NCBI GenBank assembly: GCA_963765495.1
Contig: CAVXWP010000008.1
Location: forward strand, 224,001-288,000
DNA length: 64,000 nucleotides
Reading direction: 5' to 3'
Source of the DNA: Blastocatellia bacterium
Lineage (GTDB): Bacteria; Acidobacteriota; Blastocatellia; UBA7656
Made by a program: the position numbers and the translations under genes. The notes under the pieces are model-generated. The model worked only from the letters and a program-made list of their open reading frames with translations, had not been told where the DNA came from and did not search any database. Position 1 is the first letter of the stretch. Each line of letters opens with the position of its first letter. Of this stretch, positions 44,762-53,048 are shown one piece after another.

Positions 44762-45955
44762 CTAAGGCTTGTAAAAGGACGGGTCAAATGTCTCTCCGAG
44801 CAGAGACTTGCCGATTGTCGCCAGTATATGATCGTCATTATCGTGGCGAACATAAAAGGAGAGGTCCCTGTAAATGCGTTCAATCGGGCTTGGGCGATTC
44901 AACGATCTGGCTCCGCACGCCTTTATAGAGTGCCTCACGGTCTCTTCCGCAAGATGTTCGATCACATAGCGAGCGCGGCTTCCGGCGAGCTTTGCCTCTT
45001 CATACTTACCCGTTTCCCAGAGTCCGGCCACGTGCAGAAGCCATAGATGCGCCGTCTCGATGTTGATAGACATACGGGCTATGTGTTGCTGCACGTAAGG
45101 GTCGCCTCCCTTTTTCTGGTTCTTCAGATAGGTCATCGCATAGTCGTGTGCAGCTTCGGCCGCGCCCAGAAAGCTTGCCGCGTAATGCGGGATGAAACAG
45201 GTTTGCCACCCATCGGTGATGTATTGCCCGGGGCGTCCGATCATATTTTCGTCGGGGATAAATGTTTGCTCGAACCGGGCCATGTAGCTGACTGTCCCCC
45301 TCATTCCAATCGGGTCCCACCACGAAGGATCGTAGGAGACGCTTTTATCCGAGAGATCGCAGGCCAGCATCAACAGCCCTTCGGTCGAGCCGCTTGAGTG
45401 GCGTGCTCCGCCCGGACCGGCCGTGTTTACGAGCAGAATCGCCCAGTTTGCCGCCCCCGCGCTTGTTGAAAAGACTTTTGTTCCGTCTACGATATAGCCG
45501 CCGCTTGTTTTTTCAACATAGGTTCCGAATCTAATCTTCTCTCCGGGGGCCTGCGCCTGTGGCTCGCCGCTCCACGCTACCCATTTTTCCCCGCGCTCGA
45601 CAACGCCTTCAAACCACCTGGATTTTTGCGATTCGGTTGCGAGCCCGGTAAGAAGTACGAGCGAATTCGCGTGGCCTTCCCAGCATCTGGCAAGCGAAAG
45701 GTCGGCCCTGGCCATCTCTTTTGTCATCATCCAGAGTGTAAAGACATCGCCGAGGTATGGGCCGAGGCCAAGCCCGCCGTATTCTTTCGGGGCTGCTGCG
45801 GCAAGCAATCCTTCACGAAAAAGGTCTTCGAAATCTTCGGTCGGGAACTCCGCCGCCCGGTCATAGTGGGAGGCGCGAGGCGCGAATTTTTCCTGAGCGA
45901 GCGCCGCTACGCGACCGAGCAAATCCTTCTTCTCCTGTGAGAGGGCAAATTCCAT
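44762..45955 (-). CDS. Acyl-CoA dehydrogenase-like flavoprotein
   Basis: PKEYGGLG, GTKVFST, GMRGT and IERIYRD motifs. Confidence 0.9.
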   Translation of the reverse strand: MEFALSQEKKDLLGRVAALAQEKFAPRASHYDRAAEFPTEDFEDLFREGLLAAAAPKEYGGLGLGPYLGDVFTLWMMTKEMARADLSLARCWEGHANSLVLLTGLATESQKSRWFEGVVERGEKWVAWSGEPQAQAPGEKIRFGTYVEKTSGGYIVDGTKVFSTSAGAANWAILLVNTAGPGGARHSSGSTEGLLMLACDLSDKSVSYDPSWWDPIGMRGTVSYMARFEQTFIPDENMIGRPGQYITDGWQTCFIPHYAASFLGAAEAAHDYAMTYLKNQKKGGDPYVQQHIARMSINIETAHLWLLHVAGLWETGKYEEAKLAGSRARYVIEHLAEETVRHSIKACGARSLNRPSPIERIYRDLSFYVRHDNDDHILATIGKSLLGETFDPSFYKP

Positions 45956-45972
45956 AGCCGGAAACTCTCCTG

Positions 45973-46392
45973 TCAGGCGTCTTCGCCCGCAAGGTAGAAG
46001 AACTCTCTATAGAAATAATTCGACCTCCCGCTGTCGTCCTTGAATCTGGTGAAGTTGGCTATGACAAGCACCCCCTTCTTGACCATTCCTTGCAGATAGC
46101 TCTCCATGAAAGAGAAATCATAAAAAGCGCTAAAGGCCATCGCTTCCTTCGAGGCTACGTTGTCTGAAAAGGCATCGGCCCTGACTTCGCCCCAGTCACA
46201 GGGCGAGGGCTCACACGCTCCAAAGGCGCGGACAAACGGAGTGCCCTCCCGGTTTGTTACTTCGACCCTGACCAGCCCCTTAGTTTCGGCGTTTGAGTTT
46301 AGCCATGTGCCTGCAAGCGGAGTCGGGTCAACAGCGCCGCTTTCGGTTGATTCAATCTGTTCTTCGCTTCTTACGTATTGCATCGATTCCAT
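45973..46392 (-). CDS. Small beta-rich hypothetical protein, paralog B
   Basis: GTWLN...AFGACEPSPCDWGEV...FKDDSGRSNYFYREFF. Confidence 0.8.
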   Translation of the reverse strand: MESMQYVRSEEQIESTESGAVDPTPLAGTWLNSNAETKGLVRVEVTNREGTPFVRAFGACEPSPCDWGEVRADAFSDNVASKEAMAFSAFYDFSFMESYLQGMVKKGVLVIANFTRFKDDSGRSNYFYREFFYLAGEDA

Positions 46393-46445
46393 AGTTCCTC
46401 TTATCAGGTGGCTCACGCCTTGTGACCTCAAAAAGAGCGCGACCC

Positions 46446-46859
46446 TTAACGATGAAAGTACTCTCTTGAGAAATAATCCGCGCGCCCGCTTCCGTCCTTG
46501 AACCGATTGAAGCTGGCAAGTATCAAGAGCCCCTTATTTATGTTCCCCTGAAGATGAGCCTCCAGATACCCGAAATCGTATGTGGCAGTGAAAGCATTTG
46601 CCTTTCCTGAGCCGACTCCGTCGGCAAACACAATATCGGCCTGCACCTCTCCCCAATCGCAGGGGGCAGGTTCACAGGCTCCGAATGCCCTTACGAAAAG
46701 GGCTCCGTCGACTTCGCTCAAGCTTACCCTGACAATGCCGTGAGTCTTGTCATAGGTGTTTTCCCATGTCTTCAGTAGAGGCGATAAATCGAGCTCTCCC
46801 GCAGGAGCGCTTTCTGAACCCAGACTATCCTGTTGTCTCAAAGATTGCCGTTCTGACAT
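46446..46859 (-). CDS. Small beta-rich hypothetical protein, paralog A
   Basis: TWEN...AFGACEPAPCDWGEV...FKDGSGRADYFSREYF. Confidence 0.8.
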   Translation of the reverse strand: MSERQSLRQQDSLGSESAPAGELDLSPLLKTWENTYDKTHGIVRVSLSEVDGALFVRAFGACEPAPCDWGEVQADIVFADGVGSGKANAFTATYDFGYLEAHLQGNINKGLLILASFNRFKDGSGRADYFSREYFHR

Positions 46860-46897
46860 CCGTATTCTTCCTTTCCCCTATCCTCATTCACAAAATA

Positions 46898-48415
46898 TCA
46901 CTGGTCGAGAAGATGTGTATAGGCGGTTTCGGCTCCACGCCCAAGCAGTTCAGATGCTAAACCCTTGGGCATCTCCGATCCGGTCATCAACTGGAATTGT
47001 CGCCGAACCTGAGTCAGCAGCACATCTCTTCCATCAATGACACGTAGTCCGGCCTCGCGCGCCGAGGTCACAAGCGGCGTGGGGGTCGAACCGTAAACCA
47101 GATCCACTATAACGGTGTCTGTCCCCAGTCCTTCGAGAGAGAATGGAAACTGTCCATCGTCTCGCCCAACAGGCGTGGCATTTACGACTATTGCAAAGCC
47201 TTCGGGGCTAAATTGTGAGAGAGGCACAAAGGGTAGCCCCGATAACTTTACCGCAAGCTCACCTCGTTCCAACCCCCTATTGACAAGCAATACGCTCGCC
47301 CCCGCGTGGTCCATGGCTACAGCCATAGGCCGCCCCGATCCGCCGCAACCGACAACTGCGACGCGCTTACCTCTTACGGTCACGCCCAGTTCATCGAGCG
47401 CCAGCAGGACCCCGATTGAATCGGTGGTATCGGCGGTCCAGATGCCGTTTGTCCGAATAAAGAGGTTTGTCGAACCCGAGTGACGTACAAGCGATGTGCT
47501 TCCCCCGGCTTTTTCGAGCGCCGCCTCCTTGTGCGGCGAGGCTACGGTCAGCCCTCTCAATGAGATTCCCAATGATTCCAGTTCCTCGTTCTGTGTAAAG
47601 GCATTCCAGAACTCAGCGAAGGACTCTACGTGGAATGGGACATAAAGGGCCGGGCGATTTGTTAACTTGTATGCCGCGTTATGCAGTCGCGGAGAAAGCG
47701 AATGGAAAACCGGATTTCCGACTATGCCATAAATCTCGCTGATTGGATTCAAGGCAGGTAGCCCGTAATCCCCTATCAATTGCGAAATAGTAGGCTCGCC
47801 GTTTGAATTCTGAGTCTTTTGAGGCACCGCGAATACGAGCGGCGCGCCAAAGCGAGGAGCGACCAGTCGGCTCCAAAATCCGATATGACCGGATGCATAG
47901 GCCACGAGATCGCGCCTTCCCGAGAGCCTCAACAACGTGAGAGGGGCCATCTCCTCACCAACGCGTTCGGCTCGGGGGACGAGGCGGTAAATCGAAGCTC
48001 CGATTGAAGAGAAACGCTCCAGGCGCTCAAAGAGAGCCTGATGATTTGTCGCTTTCCCATGCCATGAAATGAATCGCCGGTCGGGCGGGATGGCTCTTAA
48101 CAGAGAAGGCTGAGTATCGCGCTCGCCTTCGATATCCACCGCATCATACTCTTTCGAGGCGAGCAGAAGACGGTGGCGACGCGCCTCTTCCGAGTCATCC
48201 GATTGTCCGCCTTCGGCGCGGCTCCGCAACGTGTATAAGAGTCGTCCACGGAAACGCGCCCGCAACCAGTCGGGCGAGATGTCGCCCGTCAGATCGGCCC
48301 TTACCTCAAGCCATTCGACCGAGCGGGGGAGGGTGGCCAGTTCATCCCCTCCCGCAGAAGGCGGTGTCATCAGAGTTGCGACAAGAGAAGCTTTTGTCAT
48401 TGACCGATTTTTCAA
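46898..48415 (-). CDS. Type I dehydroquinase / shikimate dehydrogenase-like fusion (divergent)
   Basis: LEVRAD, TLRSRAEGG and SWH; then HSLSPRLHN, GCGGSG, NATPVG and DLVY. Confidence 0.85.
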   Translation of the reverse strand: MKNRSMTKASLVATLMTPPSAGGDELATLPRSVEWLEVRADLTGDISPDWLRARFRGRLLYTLRSRAEGGQSDDSEEARRHRLLLASKEYDAVDIEGERDTQPSLLRAIPPDRRFISWHGKATNHQALFERLERFSSIGASIYRLVPRAERVGEEMAPLTLLRLSGRRDLVAYASGHIGFWSRLVAPRFGAPLVFAVPQKTQNSNGEPTISQLIGDYGLPALNPISEIYGIVGNPVFHSLSPRLHNAAYKLTNRPALYVPFHVESFAEFWNAFTQNEELESLGISLRGLTVASPHKEAALEKAGGSTSLVRHSGSTNLFIRTNGIWTADTTDSIGVLLALDELGVTVRGKRVAVVGCGGSGRPMAVAMDHAGASVLLVNRGLERGELAVKLSGLPFVPLSQFSPEGFAIVVNATPVGRDDGQFPFSLEGLGTDTVIVDLVYGSTPTPLVTSAREAGLRVIDGRDVLLTQVRRQFQLMTGSEMPKGLASELLGRGAETAYTHLLDQ

Positions 48416-48545
48416 GCCGTTACCTTTGCGCGATGCCGATCAATTCCGAGTTCCAGAGTCGTTTCGTCTCTTTTCCCGGGCCTTTCATGCGGTCTTGACC
48501 AAGACGAAAAAATGCGGGTAATAGAACCGGCGTTTTAAGATTCGT

Positions 48546-49247
48546 TTAAGACGAAGGCTGAAACGGAGACAGCTTCCAGACATAATCACCATATGCCCTG
48601 CCGACCGACCGTTTTGCGTTTTGATGGCATTGAACACAAAGCCAGGGCTTGCCCGCCTGAACCTCTCCCTTGAAGACTTCAAATGTGTAGTTTCTGCCCG
48701 GGACCATCTGAGTTATCCAGGGCTGGGTCAGCACGGTCGAAATATTCCCGTTGCAGTCGCCGGACGTGCACCCATACATCGCCCAAAACCATTCTTCTTC
48801 CCCGACCAGTGTTTGAAACCCTTTCACCTTGTACATCACTGTGAGCGAAACAAGCTGCGCGGAGGTTGGAGGCGAGTTCTTATTCTGCGGGTTCAGCTCA
48901 TAATTCTCCTTCACCATTATAGAGCCGTATTGCATCTGGAAAGGACTGGAGGGCTTCGAAATCGAATTAAAGGCCCGATCATTGACAAACACATTCACCC
49001 AGTCGCCGTGAGGGTTCTCGTCTACGCGAGTCGGGCCGGTGGTGCCCGGAAAATGCTGCCACCTGGTGTAAGGGCTTTCCTTTGTGATGTAATGCCAGAG
49101 CAGTCGCGGATTCGGGGGCGGCAGACCCGGAGCGGATGTCGCTGCAAGGGGCGCTGCTCTCTCAAGATTTCCGCTTGTAAGCATGATTCCGGCCATCACG
49201 ATCAGGGAAAGGATTAGGCCGATTCCTCGCCTCATTCGACTAGCCAT
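48546..49247 (-). CDS. Cytochrome P460 / c'-beta family protein
   Basis: Signal peptide; GSIMVKENY, TVMYK, WFWAMY and C-terminal CVQCH. Confidence 0.8.
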   Translation of the reverse strand: MASRMRRGIGLILSLIVMAGIMLTSGNLERAAPLAATSAPGLPPPNPRLLWHYITKESPYTRWQHFPGTTGPTRVDENPHGDWVNVFVNDRAFNSISKPSSPFQMQYGSIMVKENYELNPQNKNSPPTSAQLVSLTVMYKVKGFQTLVGEEEWFWAMYGCTSGDCNGNISTVLTQPWITQMVPGRNYTFEVFKGEVQAGKPWLCVQCHQNAKRSVGRAYGDYVWKLSPFQPSS

Positions 49248-49380
49248 TGCGAGTTCCTCCTAAAATGCTGGGTGTCGGCTTGCTGCCGTTTTCATCAACT
49301 GCCTACAGGAGCCTTGAAGAAGAGGCAGGCGTAATGTTTTTCCCGGAGCCTGGCCACAATGATCCGCCCCTCCATAATTA

Positions 49381-49407
49381 AAGACGGTTTAGAATGTGAT
49401 TTGTGAA
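49381..49407 (-). promoter_or_regulatory. Putative ECF promoter upstream of the cytochrome P460 gene
   Basis: TTCACAAAT-N12-CGTCTT. Confidence 0.6.
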
Positions 49408-49572
49408 TTCCGTAGAGGGTGTAAAGCGCACGACCGCATCACACCTCACATGCGATTAATTGTGGATTCATCTTCGATCACTAGAATAGTCATATCCGGG
49501 CGTGCAAGCCTTTCAGATGAGGCAGCGCATCAAAAAGGGAATAAATCTTGTCGAAAGGACTACAAAACCATC

Positions 49573-50106
49573 ATGTCACGAATGAAATTTGCAAATACGT
49601 TTCTCATCATTTTGAGCCTCTTATTCTGTCTTACCGCATCTGCTCAGGATTCCGAGAAGCCTGTGAAGATGAAGGACCTGCCAAAGGCTGTTCGGGAAAC
49701 GGTCCAGGCCCAGAGTAAAGGCGCGACCATTCGCGGACTTTCGAAGGAGGTTGAGGGTGGTAAAACCCTTTATGAAGCCGAGTTGAAAATCAATGGTCAC
49801 AACAAGGACGTTATCATCGATCCGACCGGAGCCGTAGTCACCATCGAAGAAGAGGTGCCCGTTGATTCGCTGCCCTCGTCCGTAAAGGCGGAGTTCGAAA
49901 AGCACGCGGCGGGAGGCAAAATTCAAATGGTCGAATCCATCTCAGAAAATGGCGCGATAATCGCCTATGAAGCGCACATAAAGACCGGGAAGAAGCGTCT
50001 GGAAGTAGAGGTTGGGGCTGATGGAAAGTTGATTAAAACTGAAAACGATGGCGAAGCCGAAGATAAAGAGCCGGCAGCAGGCAAGAAGGGTTCAAAGAAG
50101 CCATAG
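49573..50106 (+). CDS. Secreted PepSY-like repeat protein
   Basis: Signal peptide; two LP.AV...YEA...D..G repeats. Confidence 0.8.
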   Translation: MSRMKFANTFLIILSLLFCLTASAQDSEKPVKMKDLPKAVRETVQAQSKGATIRGLSKEVEGGKTLYEAELKINGHNKDVIIDPTGAVVTIEEEVPVDSLPSSVKAEFEKHAAGGKIQMVESISENGAIIAYEAHIKTGKKRLEVEVGADGKLIKTENDGEAEDKEPAAGKKGSKKP

Positions 50107-50112
50107 CCCGCC

Positions 50113-50156
50113 AAAATCTGAGACGCGAAAAATCTGAGACGCGAAAAATCTGAGAC
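50113..50156. repeat. 16-bp tandem repeat (AAAATCTGAGACGCGA), about 2.7 copies
   Basis: Read directly. Confidence 0.8.
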
Positions 50157-50165
50157 CCTAAAGCG

Positions 50166-50202
50166 AGCAAGCGCCCGTACTTTGCGAGTCCGGGCGCTTG
50201 CT
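50166..50202. terminator. Hairpin between the PepSY gene and the tRNA
   Basis: 12-bp stem AGCAAGCGCCCG/CGGGCGCTTGCT. Confidence 0.65.
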
Positions 50203-50217
50203 GAGTGATAAATAAAG

Positions 50218-50307
50218 CGGAGAAGGAGGGATTCGAACCCTCGATAGGCCTTTACAGCCTATAGCGGTTTAGCAAACCGCCGCCCTCAGCCACTAGGCGA
50301 CTTCTCC
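50218..50307 (-). tRNA. tRNA-Ser(GCT), CCA not encoded
   Basis: GGAGAAG acceptor stem; GCGGT-TTGCTAA-ACCGC anticodon arm; long variable arm; GGTTCGAATCC T-loop. Confidence 0.96.
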
Positions 50308-50382
50308 AAACGCGAAGCACAGAGTATACCCGAATGCCCGCGGGACTTTCAAGGTCGGGTTTCAGGCGATCATGCCTTTTTC

Positions 50383-52833
50383 TCATTCATATCTGAGCGC
50401 AACCATCGGGTCTACCTTTGTCGCCCGTCGCGCAGGGACGTAACAGGCCAGAAAAGCAACAAAAGCCAGCAAAACAGGTATCGAAATAAAGATCATCAGA
50501 TCTCTTGCGCTCACCCCAAAGAGGAGACTCTCCATAAGCCGGGTCAATACGACCGCCGCCCCAACCCCCAAGCCGAGGCCAATCAGGGCCAGTATCATCC
50601 CCTGACCTACGATGAGTTTTAAGATATTCCCCCGCGTAGCGCCTAGCGCCATCCTGATTCCTATTTCGTGCTTTCGCTGATTGACCGAATAACTCATGAC
50701 TCCGTAAATCCCAATGGCCGCAAGCAGCAGCGCGACGGCGGAAAATGTCCCTAGCAATACGGTGTAGAGTCGGGGCTGGGAGATTGAATCCGACACCATC
50801 TCTTGCATGGTCTTTATCTCGTAGACCGGCTGGTTGCTGTCTACGGCATATACCTGATCACGCACGCTGCGGGCGAGGCTCGTGGGGGGAGACGATGTCC
50901 GAACTACAAGAGACATAAACGGCCATGGTGTTTGCAGATAAGGCACGTACATTTCGGTCCCGGATTCCGTATCAAGCCCGGAATGTTTGACATCGCCTAC
51001 GATGCCGACAATCTCGCGGGAGTTATTGCCGCTTGATGGAATGGTCAGGTGTTTTCCCAGGGCATCCCCTTCGGGCCAGTAGGTTTTGGCCATAGTCTCG
51101 TTTAATATCACCACGCCCGGCGATCGTTCGTTGTCCTGATCGGTAAAGACCCTGCCGCTCTTGAGGGAGATGCCGATTGCCCGGAAATAATCCGGGCTGA
51201 TGCTGCGATAATTTGCCAGCAGTCTTTCATTGGGCGTAGCGGGCGGACGCCCATCAATGGTAAATCGGAGTGTGGCTTTGTCTTCGCTGAGTGGAAGCAT
51301 TATTGCCGCTCCGGCAGATTGAACACCGGGCAAAGCCTTTACCCGGTCGAGCACCTGCCCAAAGAAATCTCTGACCTGCTGGTCTTCCGAGTACTTGGAT
51401 TGCGGCAAGGTGATGCGCATTGTCAGCACGTCGTTTGGATTGAATCCGGGGTCTACATTCTGAAGCGATAAAAAGCTCTTTATCATAAGGCCTGCGCCGA
51501 TCAGAAGTACGGTTGCAAGCGAGACTTCGATTATGACAAAGATGCTCCGCAATCTGTTGCGACGAATGCCCCCGGTCGAACCCCGAGCCCCTTCTTTCAA
51601 TGTTTCATTCAAGTCGGGGCTGGATGCCTGGATTGCCGGGATGAGGCCAAAGATAATTCCGGTCAAAATCGAGATCAGGATTGTAAATCCGAGCACTTTT
51701 ATATCAATGCCGATCTCATCGAGACGGGGAATGTTGGCGGGGTTTATGGCCTTTAACAATCTGATGCCTGAGAATGCGATCAGCAATCCGAGTATGCCGC
51801 CGATGAGGCCGAGAATCAGGCTTTCGGTCATCAACTGTCTTATGAGTCGGAATCTCGTTGCGCCAAGCGCAGTTCGAATCGAAAACTCTTTTTGTCGGGC
51901 AGTGGCGCGGGCCAGCAGCAGGTTGGCTACATTTGCGCAGGCGATTAGAAGAACAAAGCCTACCGCAGCGAGCAGGATCAGCAGGGCGGGTCTTATATCG
52001 CCGATCAGGTGCTGCTCAATGGGTACGACCTGAAGGCTCACGCTTGTGTTCGTATCCTTGTACTGTTCCTCAAGACGACCTGCGATGGTCTCCATCTCTT
52101 TTTGCGCCTGCTCGCGACTGAACCCCGGTTTGAGCCGACCGATGCCGAGAAGGAATCGCGATGATCGTTTATTAATCGTATCCGGGGCCACCACAGACGG
52201 CACACGGATGGCGTCGCCTCCATCCATGGAGAGTGGAACCCATATCTCATCCTTTTTTTCGGGGGCTCGAAAATTTGCGGGAGTGATGCCTACGATGACG
52301 AAGGGCGCATCATTAAGAAGAATAGACTTGCCGACAATATCGGGGTCGGAAGCAAACCGGCGCTGCCATAAACCGTGGCTGAGGATTACTACTCGATTTG
52401 CTCCCGGCTGGTCTTCCTCCGGCAGGAATACGCGGCCATGGATGGGTGTCACTCCTAGTGTCGAGAAGAAATTGGCCGTAACGATTGACCCTGTCAGATG
52501 TTCCGGCTCTCCTTCTCCGATCAGGTTGAAATCCTGGTATGAAAAAGCGGCCAGTTGATCGAAAGCCTGGCTTTGCTTGCGATAATCCTCAAAATCAGGG
52601 ACCGAAATCGGCTGTTGATTCTTGCCGGTCTTGAGATTGTTAACCCAGACCATCATCACTTTGTCCGGCTCACCGTAAGGTAGAGGGTGGAGCAGGACCC
52701 CGTTCACTATGGAGAAGATAGCTGTATTTGCCCCGGTTCCCAATGCTAGCGCAAGCACTGCCACTATAGTAAACCCTATATTTTTGGCCAGCATTCGAAA
52801 TGAATACTTAATGTCTTGCAGTATGGTCTCCAT
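50383..52833 (-). CDS. ABC transporter permease, duplicated MacB/FtsX (ADOP-type)
   Basis: LALGTGANTAIFS, LLIACANVANLLLAR and EIGIRMALGA...VDPMVALRYE motifs. Confidence 0.93.
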   Translation of the reverse strand: METILQDIKYSFRMLAKNIGFTIVAVLALALGTGANTAIFSIVNGVLLHPLPYGEPDKVMMVWVNNLKTGKNQQPISVPDFEDYRKQSQAFDQLAAFSYQDFNLIGEGEPEHLTGSIVTANFFSTLGVTPIHGRVFLPEEDQPGANRVVILSHGLWQRRFASDPDIVGKSILLNDAPFVIVGITPANFRAPEKKDEIWVPLSMDGGDAIRVPSVVAPDTINKRSSRFLLGIGRLKPGFSREQAQKEMETIAGRLEEQYKDTNTSVSLQVVPIEQHLIGDIRPALLILLAAVGFVLLIACANVANLLLARATARQKEFSIRTALGATRFRLIRQLMTESLILGLIGGILGLLIAFSGIRLLKAINPANIPRLDEIGIDIKVLGFTILISILTGIIFGLIPAIQASSPDLNETLKEGARGSTGGIRRNRLRSIFVIIEVSLATVLLIGAGLMIKSFLSLQNVDPGFNPNDVLTMRITLPQSKYSEDQQVRDFFGQVLDRVKALPGVQSAGAAIMLPLSEDKATLRFTIDGRPPATPNERLLANYRSISPDYFRAIGISLKSGRVFTDQDNERSPGVVILNETMAKTYWPEGDALGKHLTIPSSGNNSREIVGIVGDVKHSGLDTESGTEMYVPYLQTPWPFMSLVVRTSSPPTSLARSVRDQVYAVDSNQPVYEIKTMQEMVSDSISQPRLYTVLLGTFSAVALLLAAIGIYGVMSYSVNQRKHEIGIRMALGATRGNILKLIVGQGMILALIGLGLGVGAAVVLTRLMESLLFGVSARDLMIFISIPVLLAFVAFLACYVPARRATKVDPMVALRYE

Positions 52834-53048
52834 TCAGCCTCCAATCAGGACATTGAAAAGGGTTCATTCGGGGGAATTCTATATCTAAATTTCATCCGAC
52901 AGTCAATGTAATCAGTTTGACCGTAGGAAAGCAAACCTGGGAAAGGACGGACATTTTAGAAAACCGAAGGCCCCGGGGAGGGGGCGCTGATCTGTCTCTT
53001 TTCTACGCTACAAGACTAAGAGGGACACGTGGATTCAAACCCTATTTG

